A stretch of 39,957 nt of DNA. Source: a virus (lineage: Duplodnaviria > Caudoviricetes). How positions within the stretch are numbered: position 1 is the first letter of the stretch; every line of letters starts with the position of its first letter. This document shows positions 16,801 through 29,100 of the stretch, one piece after another. The position numbers and the translations under genes are program-made. The notes beneath the pieces are model-generated. The model had not been told where the DNA came from and made no database searches. It worked only from the letters and a program-made list of their open reading frames with translations. The DNA is taken from the IMG/VR virus record IMGVR_UViG_3300020374_000009, positions 1-39,957 of that record; one strand, given 5' to 3'.

Positions 16801-19800
16801 TACCAAGAAATTGATCATCAACCATGTTAACTAAACTAAACGTGTCTACGTTTAATAGAGTAGAAGATGATGCATAAACGGTAGAAATACCAACACCAAA
16901 TTCATAGGGATTTGTCGCATAAGATTTTGATGGAACATTATAAGGCCCCTCTTTATGATTTGGTGCAGCTAATCTGAATACAATTTCATCTTTGGCACCA
17001 CTTTTAAACATAGGAGCAAATGTTTGTCCTGTTTCTGGATCTACTGTACCAAAGTTTAATGAACCCTCAACTGTTTCACCAACTTGGAACACACCATCAT
17101 TCATTTCAATTTCGATTAATTTTGGAGAACAGAAGAAATTCATTGACTGTCCATCAAAGAATGGATAGAATCGAGTTCTTGGTTTTAATCCACTCGCAGT
17201 AATTTCTATTTGTCTCTTTCTCATGAAAGGTATTTTATCAGCACTAACTATCTTTTCACCTATAACTTCATTTGAAGTTGTTGATGTAATTTGATATTGA
17301 GTTCCTTCTTTTGATTGATTAGTTGTAATCTCAATGTCTTCGTATTTTTGTTTAGTTGTTAATGTTGCATCTGTAATTACACCAGCGCCTTTTGGAATCC
17401 ATTTTCCATTTAATTCAATAACTTTACCATAGTTGGCGATATGTTGTAAATTTAATTTAGCGCCAGCAATTTGCAAGGAATCTGGATGAACTTTATCAAA
17501 CTTCTGTGTTGCAATTGTCTCACTCCAACCACCAGTTACAACTTCACCAACCCAATCAGTCTGCCAAGCGCCCCAATCCACTTCACTGAATCCAGTATCT
17601 GCATCAATACCATGTTTCAAAAGAGCTAAATCATATTCACTTGTATCGTATATAATAGCAGCATCAATTTTTTTGGTATCCATCCAAGTATCAGAATCTG
17701 GAAATAGTGTCATATCTCCATCATAATATGCAATCAAGAATGGGTTAACATTTTCAATTCGTGATGAATAAACTTGTTCTAACATCACAACCTCTTCATA
17801 ATCAAGAGTTATTGCATTTTTAGTTTTTCTATTATTTGTTCCAGAAATATCATTAACAAATTGTAAATCTACAGAAGCGTCTTGTGCAACACCTTCTAAT
17901 CCAAATTTAGATTTAGATGCAGGCACTAAATCAATACAGGTTGTAAAATGACCAGCCCTTAAATATCCATTTTTAGCATCTGTACTTGCACTAAAATCTG
18001 GATGTCCGATTTGATGGTTTGAATGTTTTTTAAAGTTATCAACAAAGAATCCACATTTAAATCGATTTAAACCATTTGCATCGGTAACATTTAAAGTACT
18101 AGTTTCAAGTTCAAGTAAAGATAATCGAGTATAATACTCAACATTTTCTAATCTCTTTTCAAGTCTTCCTATGTCAGCCATAGTAAAACGTTTATGTTTT
18201 GTTCTTATAACTTGTGATTGTGATACGTTACTTAGATATGGTGCATATACAAATTTTGCAACTTCCATTGCATCTCCAACCGCTTGTGGTTCCTGTGGAT
18301 TTTCTGATGGAACTCCTTGAAGATATACAAAATCACCATTTTTATCAATGAATAATCTGTCTTTACGAGCAAGATAATAATTATAATTAACAACTAAGTT
18401 TTCTTCAGAAACTAATGGATTTAATGAACCATCACCTGTAGTTGTAAATTGTCTAGAACTATGAGTGAATGGAGAAGATGAATTTGTTACTTTATTAAAG
18501 TTTACAACTCTAGGTCTTAAATCAATTAGATCTGTTGTAAGTTGTCTATAACTTGGATCAACTGGAATAAGTGGTCTAGTACCAGCTGGATAACTGGATG
18601 CATTATAAAAATCTCCAGTATCAGATGGTTCGACAAAGAAGTTTTTAAATACTATTTTTAATTGTTTCTCAGGAGCTGAGAATGTTTTATCTCTCTCAAT
18701 AAATGAGTAATCATAAAAAGTTGGTTTTTGTCCAGTGTTTAATTTATAGTAATTTGTAATATCTCGATCACCAGCTGCGATTGCAGAAACAACAGCAGTA
18801 ATACCAGATTTTTCAGCTCTTACAGTTTCACCTATTTCAAAACTATTTTCATTTAGATTTACAACTCCTACACCATCGGTTCCAGATTTTTCAATTACTG
18901 AAACAATTGTATTACTAATCAAACCTGTTAGTTTTTCACCAACTATTAAATCTGCATTAGTTGAACTTGGGCCTGAAAATCCACTTAAAGTTAATGATGG
19001 TAAATCTGGTTCTGATGTATCATTTGATTCAAAAACTCCTAATAATTGAGCAACATCTGGTACATTTAAAGATATTTTCTCATCTTGAACTCTAGTTCCA
19101 TATGCATTATGATGAGTTAAACCATCACCTATAGTTGCTGAACCAATTCCAGAAGATGTTAATGTAGAACGATCTACAATTAAAACATTCGCTTCGTTTA
19201 ATTTCTTTTGTTTATTAACAACTTTTGATTTTAAAACGGTTGCAAAAAGATTTGCTTTTACATTGTTTTGACTTAACGCAACAAAAGTAACTGTTTTCTT
19301 ATCAGTTGATATTTCTACTTGATCAGCAGTTAATGGTTCTACAACTCCATTTTCATATGATATAAAGTATCTTTCCTCATCAAAAGGTTGGAAGAATAAA
19401 TTCTTACCAGCAGTTGGCGATGTGAATGAATTATCTTCAACACTAATATCTGAATATTGTTTTCTTATTTGAATTGTAGTATTAGTTACATCTATGCTCT
19501 CAACGTAAGTATTATTCAGAGGAGTTAATAGACTGTTTTGACCTAGAGTAAATGAAGGTTTTCTAATTTGTAAATCATTAACAGCTATTATACTATCTGT
19601 TCCGATTCCACCGTTACAAACACCAGTCACAGTTGGTATTCCAACGATGTTTATTTCACTTCCCTCTACATTGACTCCAGTAATACGATTGAATCTAGGA
19701 ACAGTTTCGCCAGGAATAGTGTAACTTACAATGTTGTTTGTAGTTATAATTCCAGCAAAGTTCTTTCCAGCCGCTGTAATTGTTCCAGTTGTTGATGTTG

Positions 19801-21535
19801 CATTTCCTGATACATAATTTAATTGAAAATTACCAGAAACAATATTTGTTAGTTTTTCCCCTTTATCAAGAACTACATCAGCAGAAAAAGTTGAAACACC
19901 AACTGCACTTTCGATAGAAGCTACATCATCAAATCCAAAAGTGTCAACTTTTGTAATAGTTCTTCCGTTTGAGATTCCGTTAATTAATATAGATTCATTC
20001 TTTATAAACTTACCACTTACATCAACCAAACTAAAATCAGTTGCATTTGTTATAGCTGCTCTCACATATCCTGTTGCACCACTTCTTGCACCTTGAATAC
20101 GATCAGATGATAATAAAGAAGTGATTGCAGTTCCTACCTTAATATCAGTGAATGTTCTGACATCAAATAAACGAACTTCATATTGTGTGGTGTTATTTAA
20201 GTAACTACTAGATTGTGCTTTAAAATCATATAATCTTGCAAGACCAATTTCAGATCCACTATTACCTTTTCTTCTACTGATTAAAGAAACAGTTGCAGTT
20301 GTTCCAATTCCTAAACTTGGTGATCCAGCAATATTATTAACAAAAAGAGGACTACCTGTTGAATATGTAACAGCTTCTTCTACTACCTCTCTTGTAGCTC
20401 TTGGTTTTGGTACATCAATAAAAGATGGTGAAATTTTTTCTAATCTATATCCTTTTACATATGCAGCTCCTGGCGATACCTTAACTGTCATCAAATCTTC
20501 AGAAGGTGTATTTCCTTGTGCAGTTAATTGTTCTGAGGTATAAATTCCATCACTTCCAATTCCATCATCCAAAGTTTCTCTTACATGAACAGCAAATGGA
20601 ATTACATAGTAATTACCTGACTCATCGAAAGTTCTTCTAGCTAAAGTGTCATTAATTAAATTATATTGAGTTTCTTGAACAAAAGTTTGTAAATTTCCCT
20701 GTTCGATTCTTGCTATCTCTATGAAATTTTGATCATTAAAATCACCTAAATCTTTTTTTGCTAAAGTGATAGACATTTGAAATCTATCAGCGCCTGGAGC
20801 AGCAAAGTTTGTATATCCAGATGCATTATCATTCAAAGATGGATCTTCATCTGCTGTTACAAAATTTTCATCAACATTAAATCCTACACGATATGAAGGA
20901 GTATCACCATATTGACTTAGAATAAGTGTTTCACTCTGGACTTGTGCAAAAGTTCCACGAAGAAAATAAACACCCTCCCCTACAGAAAAAGCAGATCCAG
21001 TAGCTGAAGAACCATCAATTAATGTATTTGCAAATGGTTCGTTCGCTGCAATCACAGTTGCACCGTAAACAATATCAGTTCCAGTTAATAAACTTTCACC
21101 ATCTTGAAATATTGATGATTCAAAGTCTGATCCAGACTGTTCGTATTTAATGTATAAAGTTAAATTACCCCTATCAGAATCTTCCGCTAATAAACATTTT
21201 CTAACAGTTGCAGTTACACCAGATCTAGATCCAGTAATTCTAACCCCAACAAGTTGATTAGCATATAATGCTACAGGAACACCTAAAAAATTACTCTCTA
21301 TCTGAACACATGTATAATTATTATCATAAGTAACGTTGCCTGGAATTACCTTAGATCCCTCTTTGAAAAAGTGAGTACCAAATTGTTCAATCTGATTCTG
21401 TAGAATAGATTGTAATCCAGTTAGTTCTCGTGCCTGAACAGGAGAGCCTGGTTTAAAAAGAACCTTATAAAAGTTTTTATTTTTATCAAAATCGTCAAAA
21501 TATGGATTGACGTTAAGATTAGTTTCCTGTGGCAT
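13841..21535 (-). CDS. vrlC: VrlC-like (DUF4815-type) large baseplate/tail structural protein, 2564 aa
   Basis: PYFDDFD...VLFKPGSPVQARELTGLQSILQNQI; APGADRF; LARRTFDESGNY; RFTMADIGRLEKRLENVEYYT; DPLAQTF; position after gp8 as in T4-like cyanophages. Confidence 0.85.
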   Translation of the reverse strand: MPQETNLNVNPYFDDFDKNKNFYKVLFKPGSPVQARELTGLQSILQNQIEQFGTHFFKEGSKVIPGNVTYDNNYTCVQIESNFLGVPVALYANQLVGVRITGSRSGVTATVRKCLLAEDSDRGNLTLYIKYEQSGSDFESSIFQDGESLLTGTDIVYGATVIAANEPFANTLIDGSSATGSAFSVGEGVYFLRGTFAQVQSETLILSQYGDTPSYRVGFNVDENFVTADEDPSLNDNASGYTNFAAPGADRFQMSITLAKKDLGDFNDQNFIEIARIEQGNLQTFVQETQYNLINDTLARRTFDESGNYYVIPFAVHVRETLDDGIGSDGIYTSEQLTAQGNTPSEDLMTVKVSPGAAYVKGYRLEKISPSFIDVPKPRATREVVEEAVTYSTGSPLFVNNIAGSPSLGIGTTATVSLISRRKGNSGSEIGLARLYDFKAQSSSYLNNTTQYEVRLFDVRTFTDIKVGTAITSLLSSDRIQGARSGATGYVRAAITNATDFSLVDVSGKFIKNESILINGISNGRTITKVDTFGFDDVASIESAVGVSTFSADVVLDKGEKLTNIVSGNFQLNYVSGNATSTTGTITAAGKNFAGIITTNNIVSYTIPGETVPRFNRITGVNVEGSEINIVGIPTVTGVCNGGIGTDSIIAVNDLQIRKPSFTLGQNSLLTPLNNTYVESIDVTNTTIQIRKQYSDISVEDNSFTSPTAGKNLFFQPFDEERYFISYENGVVEPLTADQVEISTDKKTVTFVALSQNNVKANLFATVLKSKVVNKQKKLNEANVLIVDRSTLTSSGIGSATIGDGLTHHNAYGTRVQDEKISLNVPDVAQLLGVFESNDTSEPDLPSLTLSGFSGPSSTNADLIVGEKLTGLISNTIVSVIEKSGTDGVGVVNLNENSFEIGETVRAEKSGITAVVSAIAAGDRDITNYYKLNTGQKPTFYDYSFIERDKTFSAPEKQLKIVFKNFFVEPSDTGDFYNASSYPAGTRPLIPVDPSYRQLTTDLIDLRPRVVNFNKVTNSSSPFTHSSRQFTTTGDGSLNPLVSEENLVVNYNYYLARKDRLFIDKNGDFVYLQGVPSENPQEPQAVGDAMEVAKFVYAPYLSNVSQSQVIRTKHKRFTMADIGRLEKRLENVEYYTRLSLLELETSTLNVTDANGLNRFKCGFFVDNFKKHSNHQIGHPDFSASTDAKNGYLRAGHFTTCIDLVPASKSKFGLEGVAQDASVDLQFVNDISGTNNRKTKNAITLDYEEVVMLEQVYSSRIENVNPFLIAYYDGDMTLFPDSDTWMDTKKIDAAIIYDTSEYDLALLKHGIDADTGFSEVDWGAWQTDWVGEVVTGGWSETIATQKFDKVHPDSLQIAGAKLNLQHIANYGKVIELNGKWIPKGAGVITDATLTTKQKYEDIEITTNQSKEGTQYQITSTTSNEVIGEKIVSADKIPFMRKRQIEITASGLKPRTRFYPFFDGQSMNFFCSPKLIEIEMNDGVFQVGETVEGSLNFGTVDPETGQTFAPMFKSGAKDEIVFRLAAPNHKEGPYNVPSKSYATNPYEFGVGISTVYASSSTLLNVDTFSLVNMVDDQFLGKIKKGMKLSGQTSGAEATVKDIKFVSDALGHLKIVMSIPDPKFASVPKFESGTKTFRLTTSSTNSQVQGVVKSHAESNFYAQGTLNTVQETVLSTKVPQIKKLTVQDQRVLNETISKKVGPAESELTGIQYYDPLAQTFRVDDTSGVFLTSVDVFFRDKDDTIPVTIQIRTVQTGLPTSKILPYSVVSKDPDEVNTSEDGTVSTTFTFDSPVYVEGEQEYAIVLVTPSENYTAWISRMGEVDISTANLPDSEQVLISQQPYLGSLFKSQNGTTWDPSQLEDMKFRLRKAKFNVGVPGTARFFNPEISVGNDTIKNLPENSIEFLSRKATIGIGTTLPVTSQSDFATGLIPGVTIKQAANEGASANLLGVAGIATINGSNDITIVNPGVGYTPAAAVKTYSSVPTVTLTGSGSGAIADVTINNGVVGAVTFTNGGNNYVVGDTIGLGTIGKGNGSGEIIAIGVVTTSSALLVDNVQGSFNLGVGTITYFNGTNMVALDGNTVGSAATVSSFDVDSVSDGLHFKVNHRAHGMHNASNRVSIKGIQPDTPITTLTADYAKSSTSNISVVNSSSFSTFEGVAVGATNYGYAMINNLEVVAYTGVAEGQITGITTRGIGPRSFMTGGGSGQSTPISSYNSGAQIQKYEINGVNLRRINAFHNFNDVNTTNHPIGLDEYAIKVDMSASKGLNNESPGADRSGSGSFPAKFFNQTKSDGGSVTRVTRNLQYETITPNLATSTPPGTSVSAKIRTVSATSIGGSEESFVDQGFEDITLNDQNELDSPRIIASKINADANLSDIMPASKSMLFEVVMQSDDENVSPIIDCDRISTVLTSNRLSEGDFSNNNFMKRTKVTGEDPNTATYISNMVKLSNPATSILVEFSAYRTDGSEIRAFYKTMEEGSAENSFDRDFEPFPGFSNVDQFEKVINPANNTGQSDQLVPPSIGNEFREYTFNSREIPAFSKFQIKVVMVGNNQAKPPKIKELRGIAFA

Positions 21536-21541
21536 GATTGT

Positions 21542-23101
21542 TTAAAATTCCAATACGATCTTGATGTCTTCTTTCTGTTGAGTACTACGAGTCACAGCAG
21601 CTCTGTTATCAACGTAAATGATATCGCCGCTATATTTTTTAACTTCTGGGTTGGCAACACCCTTCACAAAACTCATTCCTAAATTATAAGTCCTACTATT
21701 TATTGAGGTAGAAAGGCCAGGTTCGTCAGAAGTTCCAAAATTAGTATCTATATTTAGATTACTTGTTCCACCAAATACTGTTGTTCCAGCACCTGTGGCA
21801 GGATCTGCATTAAATCTAAACAATTCATATCCATATGAAGGTGCAGTTCCATCAGTTGATATTGCAAGTCTACGATCTTGCCAATATTTAAGAACTCCAG
21901 TTGTAGCATCCCAATTAATCACACGACCAACAGCAGTTGATCCAATACCAATTTCTTGAGTTACCTCAGAGTCAGCGGTAAATGTAGTAGTTGTTGATCC
22001 AGCACCTGTCAATTTTAACGCATAAACAGCACTCGCTTTTTGAAGTGTAAGTTTATCATCTGATCCAAATGCGAGAGGATCTCTACAAAGACCAACACGA
22101 GAGAATTGGTTTCCTGTAATAAAGTCTGGGTTTGATGTATCATTTTCTAATCGTGAATATATAAGAACACGATTTGCACCTAACTCTCTATATACATCTG
22201 ATCCATGCCCACCTTGAGGTGGAATGATTACATTAAATGCAGCATCTGTTGATCCAGATGGGTTTGCAAGTCCAACAGCATTTAAATCAACACTACCAAA
22301 TGTGTAGTTAGATCCTCCATTAGTTATCTCAACAGAATCCATTTTACCAGCAGCGTTTACCACAACGGAACATCTACCACCACTTCCATCACCTTTGATT
22401 GGAACGTTATTATATGTTGCAGCAGTTCCGTATCCAACACCACGACTTGTAATTGAAACTATTTTTAATTGACCACCAGTTGCAGCATTATTTCTCACCG
22501 CAGCAACATCATTATTAGTAGACCAGTTTTGAGGTAGAGGTATGAAACTTGTTGAATCAAATTTAATAATACTATTTGGATCAACTGTAAAAAGATATTT
22601 CCAGATATATCCATCTCCAGAAGCACCAGCAGATCTTGGTTCTAAATCTGTGAATAAAGGTTCATCGAGAGAAGGTCTTCCAGATGTGTTTTCTGGATTA
22701 GTTCCGTTCTGCAAACAAATATAAACTCTAAAGTTCTGGTTCATTACATAGTAATTTGTGTCATACAAATTAGTAGAACTAGTTTGTGGAGACAAATTAG
22801 ATCGAGAATAATCGTCTCGATACATTTCATATGTTGTACCAGATGTCCAAGATATCTTTCTTACTACTCTTGCAATATCATCTGAATTTAACTTTTTAAG
22901 AGCGATCATTGTATCCCAATAATCATTCTCTTCACTCAAAGAATCTTTTGGTGCTGGTGGATTTTCACTCCAATCTGATTGAAAATCTGATGGGTTTGGA
23001 AGACCAATCCACGCATAATAACTGTTCGTAGTTGAAGCTATCCCCGCTACAAAATTCTCAGAGTTTAATATACGCAGTTGATCAGTTATAATTGCTGACA
23101 T
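21542..23101 (-). CDS. gp8: Baseplate wedge subunit gp8
   Basis: MSAIITDQLRILN; WTSGTTYEMY; GDGYIWKYLF; C-terminal YSGDIIYVDNR...QKEDIKIVLEF. Confidence 0.93.
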   Translation of the reverse strand: MSAIITDQLRILNSENFVAGIASTTNSYYAWIGLPNPSDFQSDWSENPPAPKDSLSEENDYWDTMIALKKLNSDDIARVVRKISWTSGTTYEMYRDDYSRSNLSPQTSSTNLYDTNYYVMNQNFRVYICLQNGTNPENTSGRPSLDEPLFTDLEPRSAGASGDGYIWKYLFTVDPNSIIKFDSTSFIPLPQNWSTNNDVAAVRNNAATGGQLKIVSITSRGVGYGTAATYNNVPIKGDGSGGRCSVVVNAAGKMDSVEITNGGSNYTFGSVDLNAVGLANPSGSTDAAFNVIIPPQGGHGSDVYRELGANRVLIYSRLENDTSNPDFITGNQFSRVGLCRDPLAFGSDDKLTLQKASAVYALKLTGAGSTTTTFTADSEVTQEIGIGSTAVGRVINWDATTGVLKYWQDRRLAISTDGTAPSYGYELFRFNADPATGAGTTVFGGTSNLNIDTNFGTSDEPGLSTSINSRTYNLGMSFVKGVANPEVKKYSGDIIYVDNRAAVTRSTQQKEDIKIVLEF

Positions 23102-23124
23102 TTTTATCGAAGACTTTTTGTTTT

Positions 23125-23132
23125 TATTTATA
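23125..23132 (-). promoter_or_regulatory. Late promoter TATAAATA upstream of gp8
   Basis: Perfect consensus in the 31-nt gp7-gp8 gap. Confidence 0.85.
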
Positions 23133-26100
23133 TTAAGTAAAGGACTCTTTTAAATCCCTTGTTCTGATAATCACAGGGCCTGTTTTAATTCCTGTAATAC
23201 CATCATCGGTAATTGCTGTAAATGCACCAGTTCCCTCCTTAATGAAGTCATGTAAACGACCCCAAGAGAACTTACCATAGTAAAGAGGATTTATTACTGT
23301 GGTTACACCAACAGGAACAGTTAAACCTTCAATAGAACTTACACTTACTGTGACTCTTCTTAAAGTAGTGGCACCTATTCCAAGAACAGGCCCTTGTATA
23401 GTTTTAGCACTATGTACTTTGTATATATTATCTATAAAGGAAGTTCCTACTCCAACAGGTGAAGTTCCAATGGCATTTTCATAAGAAGTTAAACCACTTC
23501 CAATATTCGTTTCAGATGCAGTAAAGTAGTGTCCTGATCCAATACCACTTACAGTTATCGCAGTTCCAACAACTGATGTATCACGAAGAACAGAATCTTT
23601 TGGAATAAAGAGATCTAATTGCAAGGCTGTTCCAACTCCAGCAACCGATGTTGTTGCGATTCCAACTATGTGTCCAAAATCACCATCATATTTAATACTG
23701 GTTAATGTATCTTGAGTCACAGATTCTGGTTCAATCATAACCAAAGGTGGATTGGTATTAGTATATCCAGCACCAGCGTTTCTAACTGTAATTGAGTTTA
23801 CAGTTCCAAGACCAGATATGGTTGCAGTTGCAGTTGCATTTCCAATTGTGCCTGCAACTCCAACATGAACTGTTCCAATTCCAGCAGTTACACCAATCGA
23901 AACATGTGGAGGACGAGTGAATCCTGATCCACCATTAGAAATATCAATTCTTGATATTGATCCTGTTCCGTCAACAAGTGCTGTTGCAGCAACACCTGTC
24001 TTAGTTGTACGGTCAAGAATCAATACACTTTGTTTAACCTCAGCTATATCATCAACTTGATTAAACAATGGAACTGAAGTATCTACAAACATTTCACTTG
24101 AACCAGCAGACACACTCTTAATAATATAAGCAGTTGGACGAATGCCAGGTTCCAATTCAACTCTATCTTTACCAATTCCAATATTATTTACGACAACATC
24201 TGATATTTGTTTTTTCCAAGTTACTGGTCTTTCAAGTGTTCTAACTGTGGTGATTCCAGCATCAATATATGTATTAGTAGTTACTGCATCAGAAGTTGTA
24301 ATACCTGTGATTGTTCGAGGATCTTGTTGGAATACATCATCTAAACCAATATCAGGATATTTGTTAATTGTTAACTTGTCACCAGTTTTAACTGTTTCTA
24401 AGATATCAACTTCAATTACATCATGTTCAGATCCACGATAATAATAAATTCTTACTTTATCATCAGATTTTGGTGCTTCAGAGAATGTAACTTGTGATCC
24501 ACCATTAAACACATAACTTTCAAAAGGAACTTGGAGAATATCATTTAAGAATATTAAACAGTTATCTTCTACACGAATTGGAGAACCTTTTGCAGCTCTT
24601 AATGTGATTAATGTTTCTGCAGCACCAATTGTTTTAGTTAAGTTGAATGATCTTCTATTTCCATCAAATAAATCTTCAAAACTATTTAATTTTTCCAATT
24701 CACCAAATGTGAATCCAGCAAAACTATCATTAAAGGTGTCAAGAACTGTTAATTCAAAATCTTTAACCACTTTGTTGGCATCTGTTAAAATACCAGCTTG
24801 TCCACCTTCTTCTATCTTAAGAACATCATCAATTTTATAATTATATCCAAAGTTTGTAATTTGGAAACTGATTATACTTGATGCAGAACCAACACGAACT
24901 GATACGGATGCACCAATACCTGTAGCACTACCAACTAACTTCATATTTTCATAGTTAATTGGTTTGTCAAATTCAAGATCTGGAGGAGTTGCAGAACTAA
25001 ATCCAGATCCACCACCGTTTGTGATAGTTACGGATGTTACCAATCCAGCACTCACGTTTGCCTTTCCAACTGTAACAATACCAGAACTTGTAACAGCCTT
25101 GACTAAAATATTTGTCTGAAGTCCAACACGATAACCAGATCCACTGTTTCCAATAGATACTGATTCAACAGTTCCAGCAGCAGATACGATTGCAGTTCCA
25201 CCAGCAGACACTAAAGATTGATAACCAAAGTTTGTGGTTTCACCAACTGAAACTATGATACCACCTCTAGGTACTGATGACACGTTCACATCATAATTAT
25301 TTGTGACACCAACACCTGTGAAACTTACAGATGTAATACCAGTAGTTTCAACAATATTATAATCATCATTTGGATTTTGGAATATCTCATTCAAAAGAAT
25401 TACACCTGTATTTGTCGCAAATCCAGTTACATTTGAACCACCAGACTTTAGAATAAAGTTAGTTGCAATTCCTGTGAATTGATCCTCAACAGTATCAAAT
25501 ACAAAGTTGTTAGTATAAGTCTCTTGGGTTCCGCCAGGAATACCAGTATGTGTAAACACACGACCAACAAATGTGGATGTAGTTGTTAAACCGGCTGGGC
25601 CTTTTGAACCTTTGGGTGCATCTGTAAAGTTAATCGTATCTTTAACAATCTGATAATTACCTAAGAACTTAGTAACGGTATCATTAGCACTATGAGCTAC
25701 AATCGCAGAATTAAGTTGTCCTCTTCTTACAAGAATTTGATTGGTAGATCCAATACCAACAGTATCGATCTTCATAAACTCATCATTAACTTTAATTACA
25801 TCACCTGAGAAGAATGATGATATACCTGTGAGTGTAATGAAATCTGTCTCTGATACAACGTCAAATGATAATTTGACATTTATAGGAGATTGAATTACTG
25901 GACTTTGAATGTTGTTGTCAAGAGTAACTAAAACTTTAGAATTAAGATTAGTTGAAGTAAACGCTTGAGTTGTTCCAACACCTACTGCTGTAAGATCAAG
26001 AACTTTTGGAACAGTTTGAAGTGCCTCTGCTGCCGTTCTTGCAACTTTAAATTTATTCTCTGCAATCTTAACTGCAAATACTGTAGGTGGCATCTTGGAA

Positions 26101-29100
26101 GTAACACCGATTCCACTGATGGCAGTTGCTGCGATTCCAATACTCATGGTTGTTCCAGAACCAATTGGGTCATATGATAACTCCTCACCAGTCTGGAAGA
26201 AATGATTGTTAACTATAAATGTATTATTTGTAACATCAACTACTGCTGCATCTTCTGAATCAAATGTTTTATTGAATATTGAGTCACCTGTATGTTTCAT
26301 ATTGAATGAGAACTTAATATCATTCTCAGTTCCAGTGTATGAACCCTCAACAGATTTTAATCTAGAATCAGTAAATGTAACAAAACCGATACCACCTGTT
26401 CCAGTTTCATTAAAGTTATACTGGAAAACCTTTGCTGTAATTGCTGTGTTTGCTGGGGGAGTTAAACGAAGTTCAATATCACCATCACTTGCAGATGAAT
26501 ATCCAACACCAACAGTTCCAATACCAGATGTACTAGTAGGATTGTCGGAGAAGTTATCCATGTAACCAAACTCCGTAAAGTAAGGAGTAATACTATCATG
26601 AATTGCAGTTACTTGAGTGACAGCATAACGATCATTAGTAGTATCATGTAATTCAATTAATGCATCAAAAGCAGAATATGTGTTAGAGTTTATTCCACTA
26701 ATTCTTGTTGGTTGTGGTGTTCCAGTTGAAGCAATATTTGTTGTTGTAGTTAATACTTCAGTAGTTGATACGAGAGTACTTCCAATACCTGTTGCAGTTC
26801 CTCCAATAGCCACTTGATGAACTCTCATTGTTACACCAACACCAGTTACAGGTGTAAAGTAAACACTTGTGATACCTGATCTTACATCTGCGCCAAACGT
26901 TCCTAAACCTACACTTGGAGAATCAGTGATAGAAAGATTGTCATTTGTCATCTGTGCATAATCTAAAAGATATACTTCTTCACTATCATTTAAAACAACC
27001 AACTCATTTAATTGAGTTCTTTGATCTCCACCCAACTCTTGTGTTTGTACAAGTAATTTACTGGTTGTGATTGCAGTAGATCCAAATCCAACAACCTGTA
27101 CAGGAGATGGATCTGTAGATCCAATACCAGCTGAAGTAGAAATAATATCATATCCTGTTCCAAGTGATAGAGTACTAATACCTGTTTGTGTATTCTTAAA
27201 TGTTTCTATAGCAAATAATCTTAACGCATAGTTATTAAATTTAGATTTTGCTGGTAAAAATCTTAAATTTCCTATGACTCCTGATACGCTGAAGTCAAAA
27301 TCACCAAGATCAATTGCTGTTTCTACACGACCAAACTTCATCATGTAACCAGTAGAACCATCATGAAGTAGATTGACCTGAATTATTTCCTTCTCACCTG
27401 AAAATCTAGTATCAAAAAGCATTGCATAGAACTTAATTCCGTCAATATCATTGATATTAAAATCAAATACATCAGAAAATGCAGTTGCACGAGGTAGATC
27501 ATTGAACTCTGAACTTACACTATCAATTGATATTGCTCTATTTGTTCTCGACTCAATGTAATCTGTAATAATTTTATTACTAAAATTAATTTCATCAGAT
27601 GCAAATAATCCACCAATATTCTTAGAATTTTCTGTAACTAAATCAAAGTCATATGTATTATGAAGAGATTCATTTTCACTAACTAAATCAGCAACAACGA
27701 CAGCTACATTTGAAGAAACTCCAACTCTAGCATTACTTCTATTTTTATCATCTGTTGATGCTACAGATACTATATTTACATCTGCAAAATTTTTAAATCC
27801 AACAACATGTCCAAGGCTATTAACAGGATCTTTCCAAGTTTCATATTGAACTGGACTACCTAAAGAATATGAGAAGTTTTGATAATATTCACTATCTTGT
27901 ATTTTTTGAAGTTCTGTATTTAATTTACCAGTTTCTCTTCTAAAACCAGATCTTACTTCAGAATTTGAATCTATTTCATAAGTTGAATCGAATTTATTTG
28001 TTTGTTCAATGATCGCAATCGATTTAGATGATGATCCATTTATCAATTCATCAACACTGAAAGTATCATTTGAAAGAACCTTAAGATACTTGTTATTTTC
28101 ATTCCATGCAACAACAGTTCCTTCTTTATCACCTGTGCTTACAGTTTCCCCTACACTAAATTGATTAGGTTTAATGTCTATATTAAATGATGCAATGTTT
28201 TCAAATGGTATCGCTTGTCCAGATGATGAAGGGCCACTAAAGATGCCTGGGCTTGTAACTGAAGAATCTAACTTATATGAGACAGTTGCATTTCCTCCGC
28301 CTGGATTTGTATTAACACCAGTAATTACAAATGGATCATAATTATAATCTGAAGAATTATATCCACTTCCTGTTGATCCAATTCCTATATTTTCTACATA
28401 TAACTTATCACCTATCGTAAATGGATAAGTTGTTGAATCATATGTGCCTTCAAGAGTTAGTGCAACAACATTAGTTCCACTTGTAAATGATAAATTTTTA
28501 ACTTTAATTCCATTATTGTTGTTAGTTGCAACTATTTTTGGATTGGTGTCATATAAAGAGTTTGTATTTCTAAGTATTCTTACCTCAGAAACTGATGTTC
28601 CTTGCAATTCTGATCTAGTAACAATTTCAGAATTGACTTGACCAGTAACTCTATCGATAACAATAATTCTTGGAGGTTCTAAGTAATTTTTACCACCAGA
28701 ACTTATACCAATATTGGCAATAGTTGATAATCTATCTAATCTAAGAATTTGAGGTAATTGTACTGATGGTTGAATTGTTTTATCAGCAGAGTAATCAAAA
28801 CCAATATTTTTAGTTGTATATCTTTTTAAGTTTCCAATATCTGTACTATTAAACCTTACAATTCCACCAACACCTTGAGTTGAAGCAATTGAAGTAACGA
28901 CAGGTATTGAACGATAACCTCTACCCTTTGATACAAATTGAATTCTATTAATTGGCCCAGAAGCAGTTTTTGATGCGGTTTCATATTTTAAAATTACAGC
29001 TTCATTTTTTGTATATCCATCCTTTTCTGGTTGTTTAGGAATATTAAATGTAAATGTGGTACTTCCAATTCCAGTAATAGCATAAGTTCCATTATATTCA

